The position numbers were made by a program, and so were the translations under genes. Source: Spironucleus salmonicida (taxonomy: Eukaryota). Taken from it: a stretch of 64,000 nt of DNA. This document shows positions 13,165-27,235 of the stretch, piece after piece. A model generated the notes under the pieces. That model ran no database searches, was not told where the DNA came from, and was given only the letters and a program-made list of their open reading frames with translations. Position 1 is the first letter of the stretch, and the number at the start of each line of letters is the position of its first letter. The stretch spans positions 1,633,197-1,697,196 of the forward strand of contig NC_090600.1 in NCBI RefSeq assembly GCF_000497125.1. The letters are read 5' to 3'.

Positions 13165-13911
13165 TCATTCGAAATTAATCTTAAGTTCAGTGCTGGTAAT
13201 GAAAATTTCTGTTCCTTTAGTATATACCACTGCATGTGCTGCAGCAATTCCACAATCTACCCAATTAGTAACAAAATTTAAGAAAGATGATGAATTTTTC
13301 TATATTGGTTTGATGAAAACTGTATTTTAACTTAATGAAAATATCCAAGGCTGTTTGTTCATAGCACTAGGTGCTAAACGTAATTTTTAAAGTAATTCGT
13401 CATTATCTATCCAGTCCTCAATTAATTTAGAAGTAGGTTTCCTTTTATGAGGATTAAAATCTTGACTACTTATTCCAACTGAGATTACATAAGGGCAAGG
13501 GTTTTAAGTATTAATAACTTTTCTTGCCTATTCAGATGAGAAAAATATTTTATCTCCCCCTAACCACACAGTCCCTAAATCTATTTAAGTTGCTTTTAAA
13601 ACAAAAAGTTGCCCCAATAATCCAATAGTTACATCCTAGAATGGTCTTTCTCCAGGTAAAGCTTCTATAATCAAAGAAGCTCTAGTGTGTTTTATAAATT
13701 TAAATAACAATGGAGACATGAATTATGTTGAATTTTTTACTAAATGTAGTTTCACCTAATCTGAGATTTTATTTAATTCGCCAATAAACTCTTCTAGTAT
13801 ATCAAATCTATTTTAGTCGATATCTATATCTTAATATTTTCTAATAGAACATCTTTTTTCTATAGAATCACTAAGATTATCTAGATTGATAGATTTAATA
13901 TTTATACTCAT
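13165..13911 (-). CDS. Nitroreductase-family protein (two-domain, TM1586-like)
   Basis: SIEKRCSIRKY, GLLGQLFVLKATQIDLGTVWLGG, CPYVISVG, RLAPSAMNKQPWIF. Confidence 0.85.
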
Positions 13912-14058
13912 TTTTACTAATATCGATTAGGAATATAATATTAAATTTAAAATATATTAATAATTAATTTATACTATTTTCCAACCATGATTATTCTGTA
14001 GATAAAAAACGATCTTTATTTAATATTGATATATAATAGTATTATACTAATCTGAATT

Positions 14059-14421
14059 ATGATTACTTAGCTACTACCTGCTTCAAACGAGATGAATACA
14101 TCAAGTACGTCAGAAGAATCTTTATCAAACAATGAAGCTAACGAATAGATGAGTTTATATGTCAAATCTCAGGCAACTGAAACAAGGATGCGTTAACTTT
14201 TAAAAGCTGCAGCTTCTCTCACGTTTTTTACAATTTTATTTGTAATTCTAGCAGTTTTTCTTTATTTAATTGAAGATGATTACGCATTACTTTCAGTCTT
14301 TATTATGATATTTGATTTTATAGTTTTCGTATGTAGTATTATATGCTGGGTTCGCCATGTCTTCTACAAAAAGAAGCTGAGACTATATACTAGTTTACTC
14401 AGAGAATATGAGAGAATATGA
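14059..14421 (+). CDS. Small protein with two predicted TM helices
   Basis: LTFFTILFVILAVFLYLI and LLSVFIMIFDFIVFVCSIICWV, basic tail. Confidence 0.75.
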
Positions 14422-14436
14422 GTGATATACATAAGA

Positions 14437-14973
14437 TCATTTTTTGGGGAATATTCCACTTGATTCATACTAGTAACTAACTTCTCTTTTTGATCTCTTT
14501 TATTTTTACTATATACCTTTTTTAGCAATAGATTCCCACACTCCCGTTTAAATACCTAAAAATTCTTTTTACACATATTCCGGTTTAATGGTAACCTTTT
14601 AATAATGTTAATTTACAACCCCTGTTGTAAAATCAAAATCTTTATAACGTTTTTCTTAATTAATCATTTTCTTATGATGGGTAAAATCAGGTGGATTCAT
14701 AGAGTTTTGCAATGCAATTGTAACATTATCGACTGGTGGCGGATGGTATAATGGAAGAGGCTTTCCAAATATATAGTTAATTTTAGGGACTAGTTAAGGT
14801 AAGTTAGAATACATTTTTTTAATATTTTCTTAAGGTGCTTAATATTCTTTTATCTGATGAAATTTATTCATTTAGGATTATACTTCACGTTTGTAAAATG
14901 GAAACTGTGTTTAATGAAGCAAATTGTTACTATTATTATTAGCAAAAGAATTAGATAAAATATCTTTTAGCAT
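14437..14973 (-). CDS. Hypothetical protein (178 aa)
   Basis: AAAATG start MLKDILSNSFANNSNN..., in-frame TGA at 14437. Confidence 0.6.
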
Positions 14974-15035
14974 TTTGCAAAAGAAAATATGATAAATATA
15001 AAAACATATAATAGTGATAATAAAAATTAAGCTAA

Positions 15036-16460
15036 ATGAATATTTACCTACATGATAAAATAATTGAAGTAGTAGATCCGTATAACTCAATATTTTAATT
15101 CACATAAACTATTACACAAGATATGATTGCAAATAATAATATTGTTGAAATAATACAATCTAATTTATATGAAATTAGTTTATAATATAAATTAGAACTA
15201 AACATGTAAATTAATGAAGCTATTTTAGAAAAGTAATCTATAATTACCAATGATGAATAATAAAGTATTTTATAATTCAATATTAGTAATTTACCATCTT
15301 ATAATAACGAATAATATCTAGTTCCTGAAATTATGAATAACCCAGTAGTCATTTACAAAATTAAAGTTTTAGATTAGATTTATTTGATTACTAATAGTGG
15401 ATAGTATAAAATTTAAATTCCAAAATCAGTTAGTATTCAAGAAATATAATTTCTACCATTATTGCAATGTCAAATGTAATGCATATCATCATAAAACCAA
15501 GAAATATAATAATTATTCTAATTGGTAGAAAGAGCCAAGAGCTAAAATTTTTATGATATTAAGAATTAAATATAAAATTATGAGGTTTCTTCTATAGATG
15601 CTAAAAGAGTTTAATTTAATGAAAAATTTGATCTATTGAATATATTTTCTGAATCTAGCACTCAGAACATGGGAAAAGCATAAATAAAATTGGTTAACGA
15701 ATAAATTCAGTTCCTTTTATAGCATGGAATTTAAATTGAAGATCTGATTACATAAAATATGGAAATTAATAATAATACATTATTTAAGATAAGTATTTAC
15801 TCATTAGACGAAAACAGTCTTTAATATTTGAAAAATTCTTTATTTACAACCGAATTCTATTATTTTAAAGATGAAACTCTACTAAAACTTTCCGTTTTAT
15901 ATTAGTAAAAATTATGCACAATAGATTAATTTCTAAATATATTTGGTTAGCATATCTATAATACATTATAACTTAATAACTAAGGACTTAAATTTAGCTT
16001 TTTAGATTATGTTTAGCTAAATGAAATATAATCTGGACAACATCTCCCAGATAAGGTGTTAATAATGAATAAATATAATACTTTATTTTCTTCATTCTAA
16101 TAATCACTTCCCAAATTTAATTTATTCAATAGTACAATAAATATAGGCAAACCATATGTTATTCTCTCAGAAACTGATATAGACTAGTTTACCACTGTTG
16201 CTCCAGACTCTTATGATGAAATTAAATAATGTTCTTCGTAATATTTGTTATAAGGCGATTTAGTATTATTATGCATATTTAAAATGATTGATTACTCCTA
16301 AAGTTAGGAAAAAAATAATTAGGGCTAAAATGACAATGATAAATTATATTTAGTAAAATTCCGTGATAATGAAGATATTTAAATAAACTGGGTAACTGAA
16401 GAGTTTATTTAATTATTTCCATAATAACTTAAATAATTTATAAATTCATTCAATCAGTGA
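15036..16460 (+). CDS. Hypothetical protein with C-terminal chromodomain-like segment
   Basis: C-terminal IFKMIDY...LYLVKFRDNEDIQINWVTEEFIQLFPQQLKQF resembles the chromodomain YLVKW...TWEPEENL pattern. Confidence 0.6.
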
Positions 16461-16912
16461 TTTATTATTGAGATTATGCGCTCATATTAATACTATAGTA
16501 TTTTAGCTAATTTCTATATTATCACAAAATTAACCGCAAAATAACTGAATAAAGCACCAAATAGAATACCACCAACTATCTAATATAAATAATGGTACCC
16601 ATCTATATATCTTTCTAAAGAGACTAAAAGTAACATAAATACATAAGCGGCAATTCTCTGTTATTAAAAATACATAACTATTATGTATCCAGACCAAAAC
16701 ATAGAATGTGCTGAAGGAAATCCCCTTTCTTCTGATGATGGTCGAGGCAATTATATTATTAATTTACAAGAAGCAGACACCAAAATATTTAGGAATTAGA
16801 TAATACCTAAGTTAATAAGATCTAATTATCTTGATTTCGATTTAGTTATAAGAAATTATATAACAAGTGCAATACCTGCGATATACGGTGAATAATGTAG
16901 TAGTTTCATCAT
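16454..16912 (-). CDS. PAP2-superfamily lipid phosphatase (dolichyl-pyrophosphate phosphatase-like)
   Basis: KLIIQLPRP, GFPSAH, ERYIDGYHYLYQIVGG plus hydrophobic helices. Confidence 0.85.
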
Positions 16913-17478
16913 TTTGTGATATTTGTTATTGAATATAATAAGAACATTATTTTAATATTTTGTTTCATTTACTTAATACAAAGTATAATAATACCTATAT
17001 AAATTTATCATACTATCTTGAATATGTTTATGTGAAGGTATGAAAATATTATTGATTACTTTATGCTCAAAAATAATACAAATTTAATCAAATCTATTCA
17101 AAGATAGTTTTCAAACTTATGTTTTTTAATATGTTAATCATAATATGTAATTAAATAATTTATCTTCATTATAATATGTACTAATAATTATAAATACATA
17201 ATTTGAAGAATAAAACATAAATATAGTAAAATTATGAAATTATTATAGTCCAATATCTCACTGAATACTTTTATTTTATATCAATTAGATTGGATTGATT
17301 CTGAGTTTCTATAGATTAATACTCATATTATATTTAAAAACTAATATTTAGTAATAATATTTACGATAAATATTTAATTATCCTTGATTTAACATCCTAA
17401 TTAGTTGTAACGATAAAACTATTAAATTAATATTTAATATAATTAAATATAATTAAATCTTGTCAAAAGAATTAAATA

Positions 17479-18153
17479 ATGCATTAAAGAAATTTTATAA
17501 ACTCAGCTATAAATAATTAACTAAATTTTGTCAATAAAAATCATATTGGTTGGATTAATTAACAAGATAACAGGAAAACCAATGTAAAAAGGAAAATAAT
17601 TTAATCTTTAACTCCTTTTACTTATACAATATATTACTAGTTAGAAGATTAGCTTGTTTATATATTAGATAAGTATTTCAAAGCAATTGATTTTGTTTTT
17701 CATGAGACTGTAACTCTTATTGATTAACATAATTAACCTTTTCTACTAATTAGAGGATAAAATATATTAAATTTAGCCGTGATAACAGGTAACTTTAAGA
17801 TTTACTAGATTCTTTACAATTTTGCATCTTGTAATGCTTTTATTTAATTTCCACTTAAACACACCCCTTTGCATATTACAGCTAATATGAACTGTGATTT
17901 TTAGCAGTAACTTTTAGATTCTTCAATTATGAACTAGTATTTAAATATAAAATCTGAAATACAAGATTAAAACCCATTGTAGATTGCATTAGGTAGGAAC
18001 AACTTTTAATTCTTTATAGATATTACTCAAATACATATGAATTAGTAAAATAAAGAAATACTTATTGAATTTTTGAAAAAAACAATGTAGGTTCCCCAGT
18101 TAGATGTACTTAGAAATATTTTCTTATAAGAAAATAGTGAAATTTTAGAGTGA
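17479..18153 (+). CDS. Ankyrin-repeat-like protein
   Basis: LTPFTYTI, GQNILNLAVITGNFKIYQIL, HTPLHITA, QNPLQIALGRNN; start uncertain. Confidence 0.65.
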
Positions 18154-18163
18154 TTGAAATAGA

Positions 18164-18502
18164 TCAGTTGAAATTATAAGGAATGTCAACTAGACTTATA
18201 GAAATAAGTCTGTCAAGAGTTGCATCTAGAGTAAATCTGTCCTAGTAGAGATGTACATCATTCCAAAATATCTCAGCACAAAATTTTTTTAAATCTTCTA
18301 AATCTATTTCTTCTTCAGGGGTCATCTTCAAAACTTTACGGATTTAAGGATTATATTTTTCTACAACTCTTTACATTTTACTAAACATACCTGACGCGCA
18401 AGTCTAATTAGGACACTTCTTAGGGCTACTCTAAAACGGAGCTTAAAATGTATGACTACATGTTGGACAAACATAAGTACATGTTTTACCTTCTTTGCCC
18501 AT
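18164..18502 (-). CDS. Small zinc-ribbon protein (112 aa)
   Basis: MGKEGKTCTYVCPTCSHTF...KKCPNQTC. Confidence 0.65.
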
Positions 18503-18543
18503 TTTGCAAAATAATATAAATATAATGTTAAATGTAATATTAA

Positions 18544-19491
18544 TCATAATTCATCAAAATAGAAATCTACATTAATGTCTGCCATATCTAATGTATCTAT
18601 TTTCTATGTTGATTATGGTGGTTCCGCTTTATTTGAACTGTTGTTAGGTTCATCAAAGTTTCTGGTACTTTCCTTTTCACTTTATCCTATATTAAATATC
18701 GATACATTATTAACAAGAGGTTCAGTTAATTCTGTGCTGTTATAACTAACTTAGCTGGATAATCTTTCAGAAAAGTTTCCAACCATATGTTCAACACTAT
18801 TATTGACCCGAATTTACTATGGATGTAAAGGAGGTAATTAAACTGGAGAAATGTTATTTTACTGGTCTAACAATGATGGAATTCTTGATAAAGTAACATA
18901 TTACTATTCAGTATTTTTATTTATCAACTAATGTAGTTTTTAGACATCAAGAACTTCTATGTGATCATTATCTACATCAAATGACAAATCCATTTATTCA
19001 GAATTATCATTGTATCGAATTTTTGACTAAAAGGTATCAATTTCCTATTGTTTATTTTTTGATATTGCTTAAGATTCTATTTTCGTTTGATAATGGGCAT
19101 TATACTATTTTTAATATTTCTCTTTTAATAAATTTATCTATAATTATCTCACGGATAACTGGTCCTATAAATTAGAGTGCTCTTACAATAGCAAATTTAA
19201 ATCTTGTTATTTTTGATATTAAATATTTGACTGCTTATATCTATATTTATAGTCAAAATTCTGCTAGAACATACTTATTTTAGTTGTATATCTAAAAATT
19301 TTTCTTTTAACCAAATTTATCTATACTTATATTTCGTCATTTTTAAAATTAATTTCTTATAAAAAATTAAAAAATTAAGCATAAATAGGGCAAAATTTGC
19401 ATTCTTAATTTAATAATTTTTAATAATTCAATTATTTTTCGTCCAAATTCACTCTAATCTCCTACAGTAAGTTTTTAATAATTTGTGTCAT
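18544..19491 (-). CDS. Hypothetical protein (315 aa)
   Basis: MTQIIKNLLQEIRVNLD...VDFYFDEL*. Confidence 0.65.
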
Positions 19492-19529
19492 TTATTAACT
19501 AAATTATATTATAGTAATCATATGATATA

Positions 19530-20375
19530 TCACTGTTATTTTTTAACCCTCCATTTTTCAAAACGTTTCTATCCAGAACTAAGTCTTTTCCCTTTATTGA
19601 CCCATTATCTTATCTCTTTTTTTTAAGTTCCAGAATCTACCACCCTATTAGACCGTCTCACCAAAATTTCTGCATTTTTAGCTATGCATTTCTCTACTAT
19701 CTAGCTTTCTTTTAGTAATTTTTCAAACATTAAGTTTTACATATATACAGAATCTACTTTTTCACCTTAAAATTCACCTCTAGGTCTCACTATCCACTTA
19801 TCTTTATACTTAAAAATAGATGCAATTTAGCCAAAATGTTGTCTCCTAAACTACCTTACGGATCGACATTCTGGAGGATTAAAGCTTACTAAATCAAACA
19901 AAATCTACTTTGGGACTCCATGAAGTAGAGCTGTCTTTATCAATTTTGCAGGAAAATTTTGTGAGTAGTGTCTACAAGATTCTAGCATTATTTAATGTGT
20001 TTCATAATATACTTTGTTGCACTCTATAAAGCAAAATTTAAATTTTTTGATGTAGATTGAGTTTTTAATCTCTTTTAATGGAATATTAAAAAGTATTGCA
20101 AATGGAGAGTTTTCATCAGGTTTAGGTTTAAAATTTGGAACAGATACTTTAAATTAGTCGTTCAAAACTATATATTCACTTTAACTGAAATAGTCGAAAA
20201 CGTCTAACAGGTGAATATTTTTTTACTTTTGAAGTGTAATAAAAAATACGTCGGATAGGATATCAACGCTGTTATTTGTAATTATAAATTCATTATAAAG
20301 TGCTGGTGTATTGTAAATGTTTTAAATACTATAATGGTTAATTATAAGATTAGCAATTTAGTCTGTTATGGGCAT
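19530..20375 (-). CDS. Hypothetical protein (281 aa)
   Basis: MPITDQIANLIINHY..., ends CAG-TGA. Confidence 0.65.
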
Positions 20376-20397
20376 TTTTAGGAGTGAAAAAATGGTA

Positions 20398-21546
20398 TCA
20401 CTTGTTCAAGTCAATATCTAATTTAAATGGTTCTAGGTCGCCTTTCCATTCCCTCATAAAAGGATTTACGGGCCAATAATGTAGATATTATGAATCTAAA
20501 TAGTGATGAGCTTTATCTTCTGACTTCACCATTCTTTTATAGAATTCTTCTACGTATTCTGGTTTTAGATATATGACTACTTCATTAGAGCTTCTAAATA
20601 ACATAATTCCTTTTTAACGCAGAGAATCACAAATATCAACTGCTGTAAACAATGTATGTTTAGCAATATCAGCAATAGAAACAGTAGGATCTGGCCAAGA
20701 AGATAGAAAATCAATAATTCTTGTTTACCAATACGGCATAAATGACAAATAACCCAAATCTGAAAGTGGCTTTTCTGGTGACCCAATATTATTTTCTCTT
20801 GAGCATAGCATATAAGCAGCATCAATTAAAAGTGAACCATATCCTTTTCCCTAATAGCAAGGTAACGTCAATATACAACTTAAAATATTATGAATAGGCT
20901 TTTCCTTACTAAAATATCCTACTAACTTGTAACTATCTCCAAACTTGGCGTACATAACGTAAAAATAGAAGATATCTACGTCAATTTCTAGAGTTTTATG
21001 TAGTAGGAATAACCTTGCAATATAAGAAATATTACGACAATAGTTTTTCTAAATCGCTCCATCAACTTCAAAAACGCAAACTTTGCTATCTCGGTAGATT
21101 TCGTTCCCTGGGGGACATTTTTAGCTACATTTTTGCAAATGACGTTGATACTACCTCTTTGAGGACATGAAATTCAAGCAAAATTCACAACAGTAAATTT
21201 CTGGGTTTTGCAGTTCTTATGGAAATGGCGCATAGTACCATGTTTACATTTCGTATCCTGACATAATAAGCCGCTCAACCTCGGGTACATTGTGGAGATT
21301 CTCTTTCGATAATTTAATTTATTCAATAGTCTCACGAAACTTTTCTAGATTTAATCCGCGAAGTAGCTCAACCTCGTCATGTGCGTACCACCCGTCCAGA
21401 CGAGTATTAATTTTTCCAAATCTTAAGTAATATTGTGGTTAAACATCTCTAACTTTCATTATACCTGCTGGGAGCCTTTCTTAACCTTAATCTTCTCTAC
21501 ATAACGCTAGAACATAGTCATTTTATGTATATAGTCGTTGAGCCAT
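20398..21546 (-). CDS. MYST-family histone acetyltransferase (Esa1/Tip60-like) with N-terminal chromo-barrel
   Basis: [75 protein letters not shown]. Confidence 0.95.
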
Positions 21547-21593
21547 TGAAAATGAAATGAAAATATTTATACTATTATATGATATTATACCAA

Positions 21594-22181
21594 TCACTTC
21601 CTGACGCCTAACATTCTAATTAAATCATCGAAAAATATGTCAGCATCCAAGCCTTTCACGATGTCAATTGCATTCTTTTCTACTCTGTAGTCAAACTTGC
21701 AAAGAATATCGAATATTTGAAGTAATATTTCTTTTGATATATATCCAGCTTTTATTTTAAAAACAAAAAATGCTACTTATAAGACATCATAAAGCTATGC
21801 ATAAATAAGGCAGAATAATAATGTAAGAGTTGTTATTGATGACTCATTTGTCATATTTAAATTCTCTCTTCCAAATTTATACCATAATTATAATTGTTCG
21901 ATTAACTCTGAAGGAACTTCTGCTTATATTTATTATAGTTATTCTCCTAAGCTCTTGCCATCAATTCTTTTATAAATATCGGCCAATAAATCTAGATTAG
22001 GTTAAAATGTGGTCTTTTATGGAGTAGGTGAAGTAGTCTTTAACATACCAAAATATTTAATTGAAAAGTCTACCAAATCAGCAGGCTATTCTGAAAGTAC
22101 GGCTTTGGAATAATTTTTCAATATTTCAGGTAAAGTAGGAGGTATGATAATTTATTCAGCTGCATAAATTGTATCATTCAT
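21594..22181 (-). CDS. RIIa docking-domain protein, radial spoke protein 11/ropporin-like
   Basis: MNDTIYAAEQIIIPPTLPEILKNYSKAVLSEQPADLVDFSIKYF. Confidence 0.8.
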
Positions 22182-22246
22182 ATTTTGCGGAAAGATTAAT
22201 TATCAATTTTATATTATTATTATATACTAAATTTATTGTAAATTTA

Positions 22247-24733
22247 ATGAAATCTAACATCACCGTTTCTGTACGAATAAGACCTTATTTATAAAATGAA
22301 GGATAGATATCTGAATAAGAAATAAAGTGTACTGACTAAAAGGTTCAGATAAACTAAAAAGTCTATAAGTTCGACAATGTTTTCCCTCAAGACTCTACCT
22401 AAGATTAAGTATTTGAATATGTCGGATAACCGATTCTGAAAGACTTTTACTTAGGATATTCAGGAACTATTTTTGCTTATGGATAAACTGCCAGTGGTAA
22501 AACATTTACTCTTGGTCAAAACGGAATAATATAAAATTGTATTTAACATATTTTTGAATAATTAACTGATTCATAATAAGTGAATATGTCATACTATGAA
22601 ATATATAATGAAACATTTTGTGATTTATTATATTAGGGATCACCATAAGGTAGATAGTAGCATAATTCCTAGCTTATACTAAGGGAAGCAGATGATGTTT
22701 TCGTATAGAATTTAAATATTATTTCAGTAAACTCACTTAAACAAGCGTAGAAACTAATTTTTATTGGATAAAACTCTAGAATAACAGCAACAACCTAGGC
22801 AAATGAGAGATCGTCTAGATCTCATGCGATTTTGACTGTTTATCTTACCTAGTTTGAAAGCAATTCTAAAATTGTATCTAAACTAAATTTAGTAGATTTA
22901 GCTGGGTCTGAGCGTCTGAAATCATCAGGAGTTTCTGGATAATAGTTTAAAGAAATGGTAGGGATTAATTCAGGATTGTTGGCGTTAGGCAATGTTATCT
23001 CGGCATTAAATGAGAATAAGAAACATATCCCATACAGAGATTCAAAACTAACTAGAGTTTTATAAGATTCATTAGGAGGGAAATCTAAATGTAGTATGAT
23101 TGCATGTATCAGCCCATCTGTTGATAGCTATGATGAAAGCTTAAACACATTAGTGTATGCATCTAGAGCAAGAAATATTATAAATAAAGTTGTGAAAAAG
23201 ATAGAGAAGATAAATAAACCAGATGCTGAATTAATAAAGATTAAAGAAGAAAATTTACTACTAAAAGATTATATAGAAAATATGATATTTTAAAGAACTG
23301 AAGAAGTGGAATAGTTTGAAATACTTAAATAAGATAATTTAAAATTAAGATAATAACTTGGATATATTGGAGATGATGATTATAAATAGGAAATGGAATA
23401 TATGACATTAAGTATAAATAGAAATATTTTTTAGCCATATGTAGATGAGGAGATTTAGGAGATTTATAATATTATAGATAATAAAATTGTTAATATTTTA
23501 TAAAATAACAACTACGAGATAAGTAAATGTTTGGCTAATACTTAGTTAAAATTTCTTATTGTTTAAGCTCTCCAAAGACAAAAAATTGATTTTTCGTAGT
23601 TAGGTGATTTAGTTGTTTATGACGGTGAAGCATATAATTTTATATCTGAAGAAATATAAATTCTTATAAATCAGATCATGTTAAATGATTAAAAAAATAG
23701 CGATAATGAAGATTTATTTATTTAATAGTGTTAGTAGGATAATTTATAGTATATGAAATATTAAATAAATTTTGATATAGCTCAAAAGTGTGTCGAGAAT
23801 ACGTAGTTATAGGTTTATCTCAATCTAAAAAATGAAGGATTTGATATTGAATAAGATTTTAATTTCATAAGAAATAAAATAACTGAATAATTAGAAAAAA
23901 TAGAAGTAGTAGATTTTGAGAAATCAATTATCTAAGAACCTCACCCCGAAGTCATAGAGGTAAATGGTCCATCAACGTTTGTCACTAATTTATTTTCGGG
24001 AAAATAACTAGAATATTCTAGAACATCTATATTAGATGAAGATTATACGTGGAGCCAAGTAGATGGGAATTCAAAATAAGATGATTTTGAGTAAGATGAT
24101 TTTGTAGTTTTAACTTAAACTACAAATGAATCGGTAAGCGATGAGTCATCGTCGGATTCATTGAAATAAAGCACAAAGATGATAAAACTATTATAAGAGG
24201 TAACTGAGAAAGCAGAATAAATGAGTCTAAGCTAGCTTAAAGACTACATGCATGATAGAAATTAAACTGGACAATAAGAACCAGATTTATTCAATAATTT
24301 TTTAGTATAAGATGGAAATTAAAAAGCCGATAATAATTAAGTATATAATATTAACGAAAATGATGCTATTGAAAATACTTAACCGTAAAAAATCATTTTA
24401 GATAGATCTGAATCCTAAAGTTCGCTCGGAGTTTCAAAACTAGATGCTAAATTATAAAACTTGCAACATCTGTTTTATGATGACTCAGATACAGTGAAAT
24501 AATAGCTGAAATAACTATTAGTAGAGCGAGGATTAGTAAATAAAATTTTAAAATAAGAAACATATCAATCTGTAAATTCTAATTTTCAATAGACACCTGT
24601 TAATCAGTTATAATAGATAAGGAGTTAAACTGATAAAAGGGCGACTGGTATATAGCAGTTTGATGATAAAGAAACTAGAAGGATTCCAGGAAGTCAGCGA
24701 ATTCTGAAAAGAAAGGTATTGCGCAGTGAATGA
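22247..24733 (+). CDS. N-terminal motor kinesin (kinesin-4-like by motif inspection)
   Basis: [69 protein letters not shown]. Confidence 0.95.
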
Positions 24734-24775
24734 ATAAAAGTATTATATATACATTGTTTTTAATTTTAATTTTAA

Positions 24776-27199
24776 ATGTCCATGTAAGACAGTTTCAAAA
24801 GCCTGCTTTAAATGTTAATTGAAGACTTAAAAAACGCTTAAAAAGATGTTCAACAAATAACAGAGATTTAAACGAAAAAAGAAATATATTATTTTAAGGA
24901 TTATTAGTTTTTACCTGTTCCAAATCCAGTTGAAAAGCTTGGTGCACAAATTACTGCAAGAGAAAAATATGAGAAATTAGTAAAGTTAGTATTTTAAAAC
25001 ATGACCAAATCACTAAATATTATGCATTAACAAAATTTTAAATTAAAATAAAATTATGATTATCCAAAAGTCATATCCTGGGTTAACTAAGGATATTAAT
25101 TTTAAGCAGATAAATAATCATACAAACAAATTGTATAGAATTTTGACATAGAAAATCGATAGAATTAATAAGATTAAGATTTTTAAATAACTAGAACTCA
25201 CTCAGAACATTTACATATTTTATCTAAATATCCAGAAATTATGATATTTTATGCAGAAAACATGTAATACGTATAAAGATAGGCACTATTTATAAGTTAT
25301 ATTTAATATTTGGAAATGATTTGTATCGATTAGAGCTTTGGTACTATATATGAATCATCCTTACTATTACCACCTTGTTCATATCTATAAACACCTTTAA
25401 CAAAACTAATATTTCTTAGTATATAAAAATAACTTTTGTCTTAATAAGATATTTCAAGCTTTCCCAATTTTTATTTATATAGATCTTCATCCTCATTAGG
25501 CATATTATGTGATTTAATGTATGCCATTATATAGGAAAAATCTATATAGAATTGGATTAGCTTAAAACTTGTCCCTATAGTTAAAGAATTATCGTTAATA
25601 AGTCATACTAAAATATTTTCTTAAAAATTTTTAGATAATCCCTAATAATATTAACGATTATAATTTACAATTTACTAGTTCCTAGCAAAATTATATATTA
25701 TCATGAAGGACCCTCCAGAATTCTTAATGCTAATTTTTTCTATTGTTTAATTTAGTTTGAAGATATTTTTTGATAATATTATTAATACTATTAATAATAA
25801 ATCACCATTATAAAATATTTTTAAGAAGAAATATTTTAAAATTGAATCTGAAAAAACATCTGATTAACATGTAGAATAGATGATGTACAATTTTAAATCA
25901 ACCCTTGTTTTTGGTATAATAATTAGACATATTTGTGCTGATCCTTACTCTAATAACATCTTCTAAGATAAATAAGATGAAATAATACTATAAAACTTGC
26001 TGTTTGTTTCAGATTTTGTTACAGAAATAGCATTAGGATAAGAAAATGGTCCCTTTAACATTTAATAGATTCAAAACCCATTGGATCAAGAAATTATTTA
26101 TTGGAAATAATTTACCTAATCTAACTGTTAGCAACTTAAATAAATCATCCAACATCTAGTAAATAATATATACGTTCCTGATGATGATTTTGATTTTATT
26201 TAGAAGTATTTAGCCTAATAGCCCGAAGACACAGAGCAAAAATTAGTTGGTAATATTTGGCTAATACCAAGTTAACTTGCAGAATACATCGATTCTATTC
26301 GAATTTTATATGCCGATTTTATTAAATATTCTATGAATAAATATGAAAAGTTTGTTAAATAGGTTCTTATAAAACTACCTATTTAATCTACATTATAGAT
26401 TTAAAATATAAACACTTTCTAATATACCGTAGATCAACTATAAATTCTTTCACAAATCTCACCATCACCTAAACTTAAAAATATAAAAATACTTGCAGTA
26501 TAATTTAGTGATGATTTGCCGATAGAAATTGATCATTCTATTTCGGATAAATTATACTATATGAAAGAAAATTTAACTTAGGTAACACAAGAATTTACCT
26601 AAGCATGTCAAATTACTATACTTGAACCTATTTTTTTCAAGTCTTCTGAGCTAACTTATTATTAAAATACTTGTCTTAGATTAATATAAATATTTGAGAT
26701 TGAAAATCTTATTTAGTCTTAAATATCGCATATTTAGTCATTGTAATTTGAAAATGAAGATGAGTTTAACTTAGTATTTACAGACTTATAAGAGTAAAGT
26801 GCTTAAATAATTAGTAAAAGTAATGATAATCTCAATAAAATGGCAGACTTTCAGGATATTTTAGATTCATATAGATACTAAAGTGGTTTAATAGAACGAC
26901 TAGTTCAAATATTAGAATTAATTTTAAATGACTAGTCCGAACCAATATATAATAATATTGATGTTGAAATCGATACATAATTAATACAGGACACATTGCA
27001 AGAGCTATTATTATAAGATGAAAGTTCAAATTTACCTTTAATATAAGCTATAAAATGGCATAATAGTTCTGTAAATCATGTTTCACTAGCGAAAGCTAAA
27101 TAGTTTGTTCCATAAACTATTTTTGAAAGAGTTTTCATGTTTAAGGATTAAAATTAGCATGACTTTAATTCTGAAATTAAAAGCAAATTATATGATTGA
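24776..27199 (+). CDS. Large hypothetical helical protein (~807 aa)
   Basis: MSMQDSFKSLLQMLIEDLK...KSKLYD*. Confidence 0.7.
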
Positions 27200-27235
27200 T
27201 TTAATATATTATTATTAAAAATTATAAAATATAGA

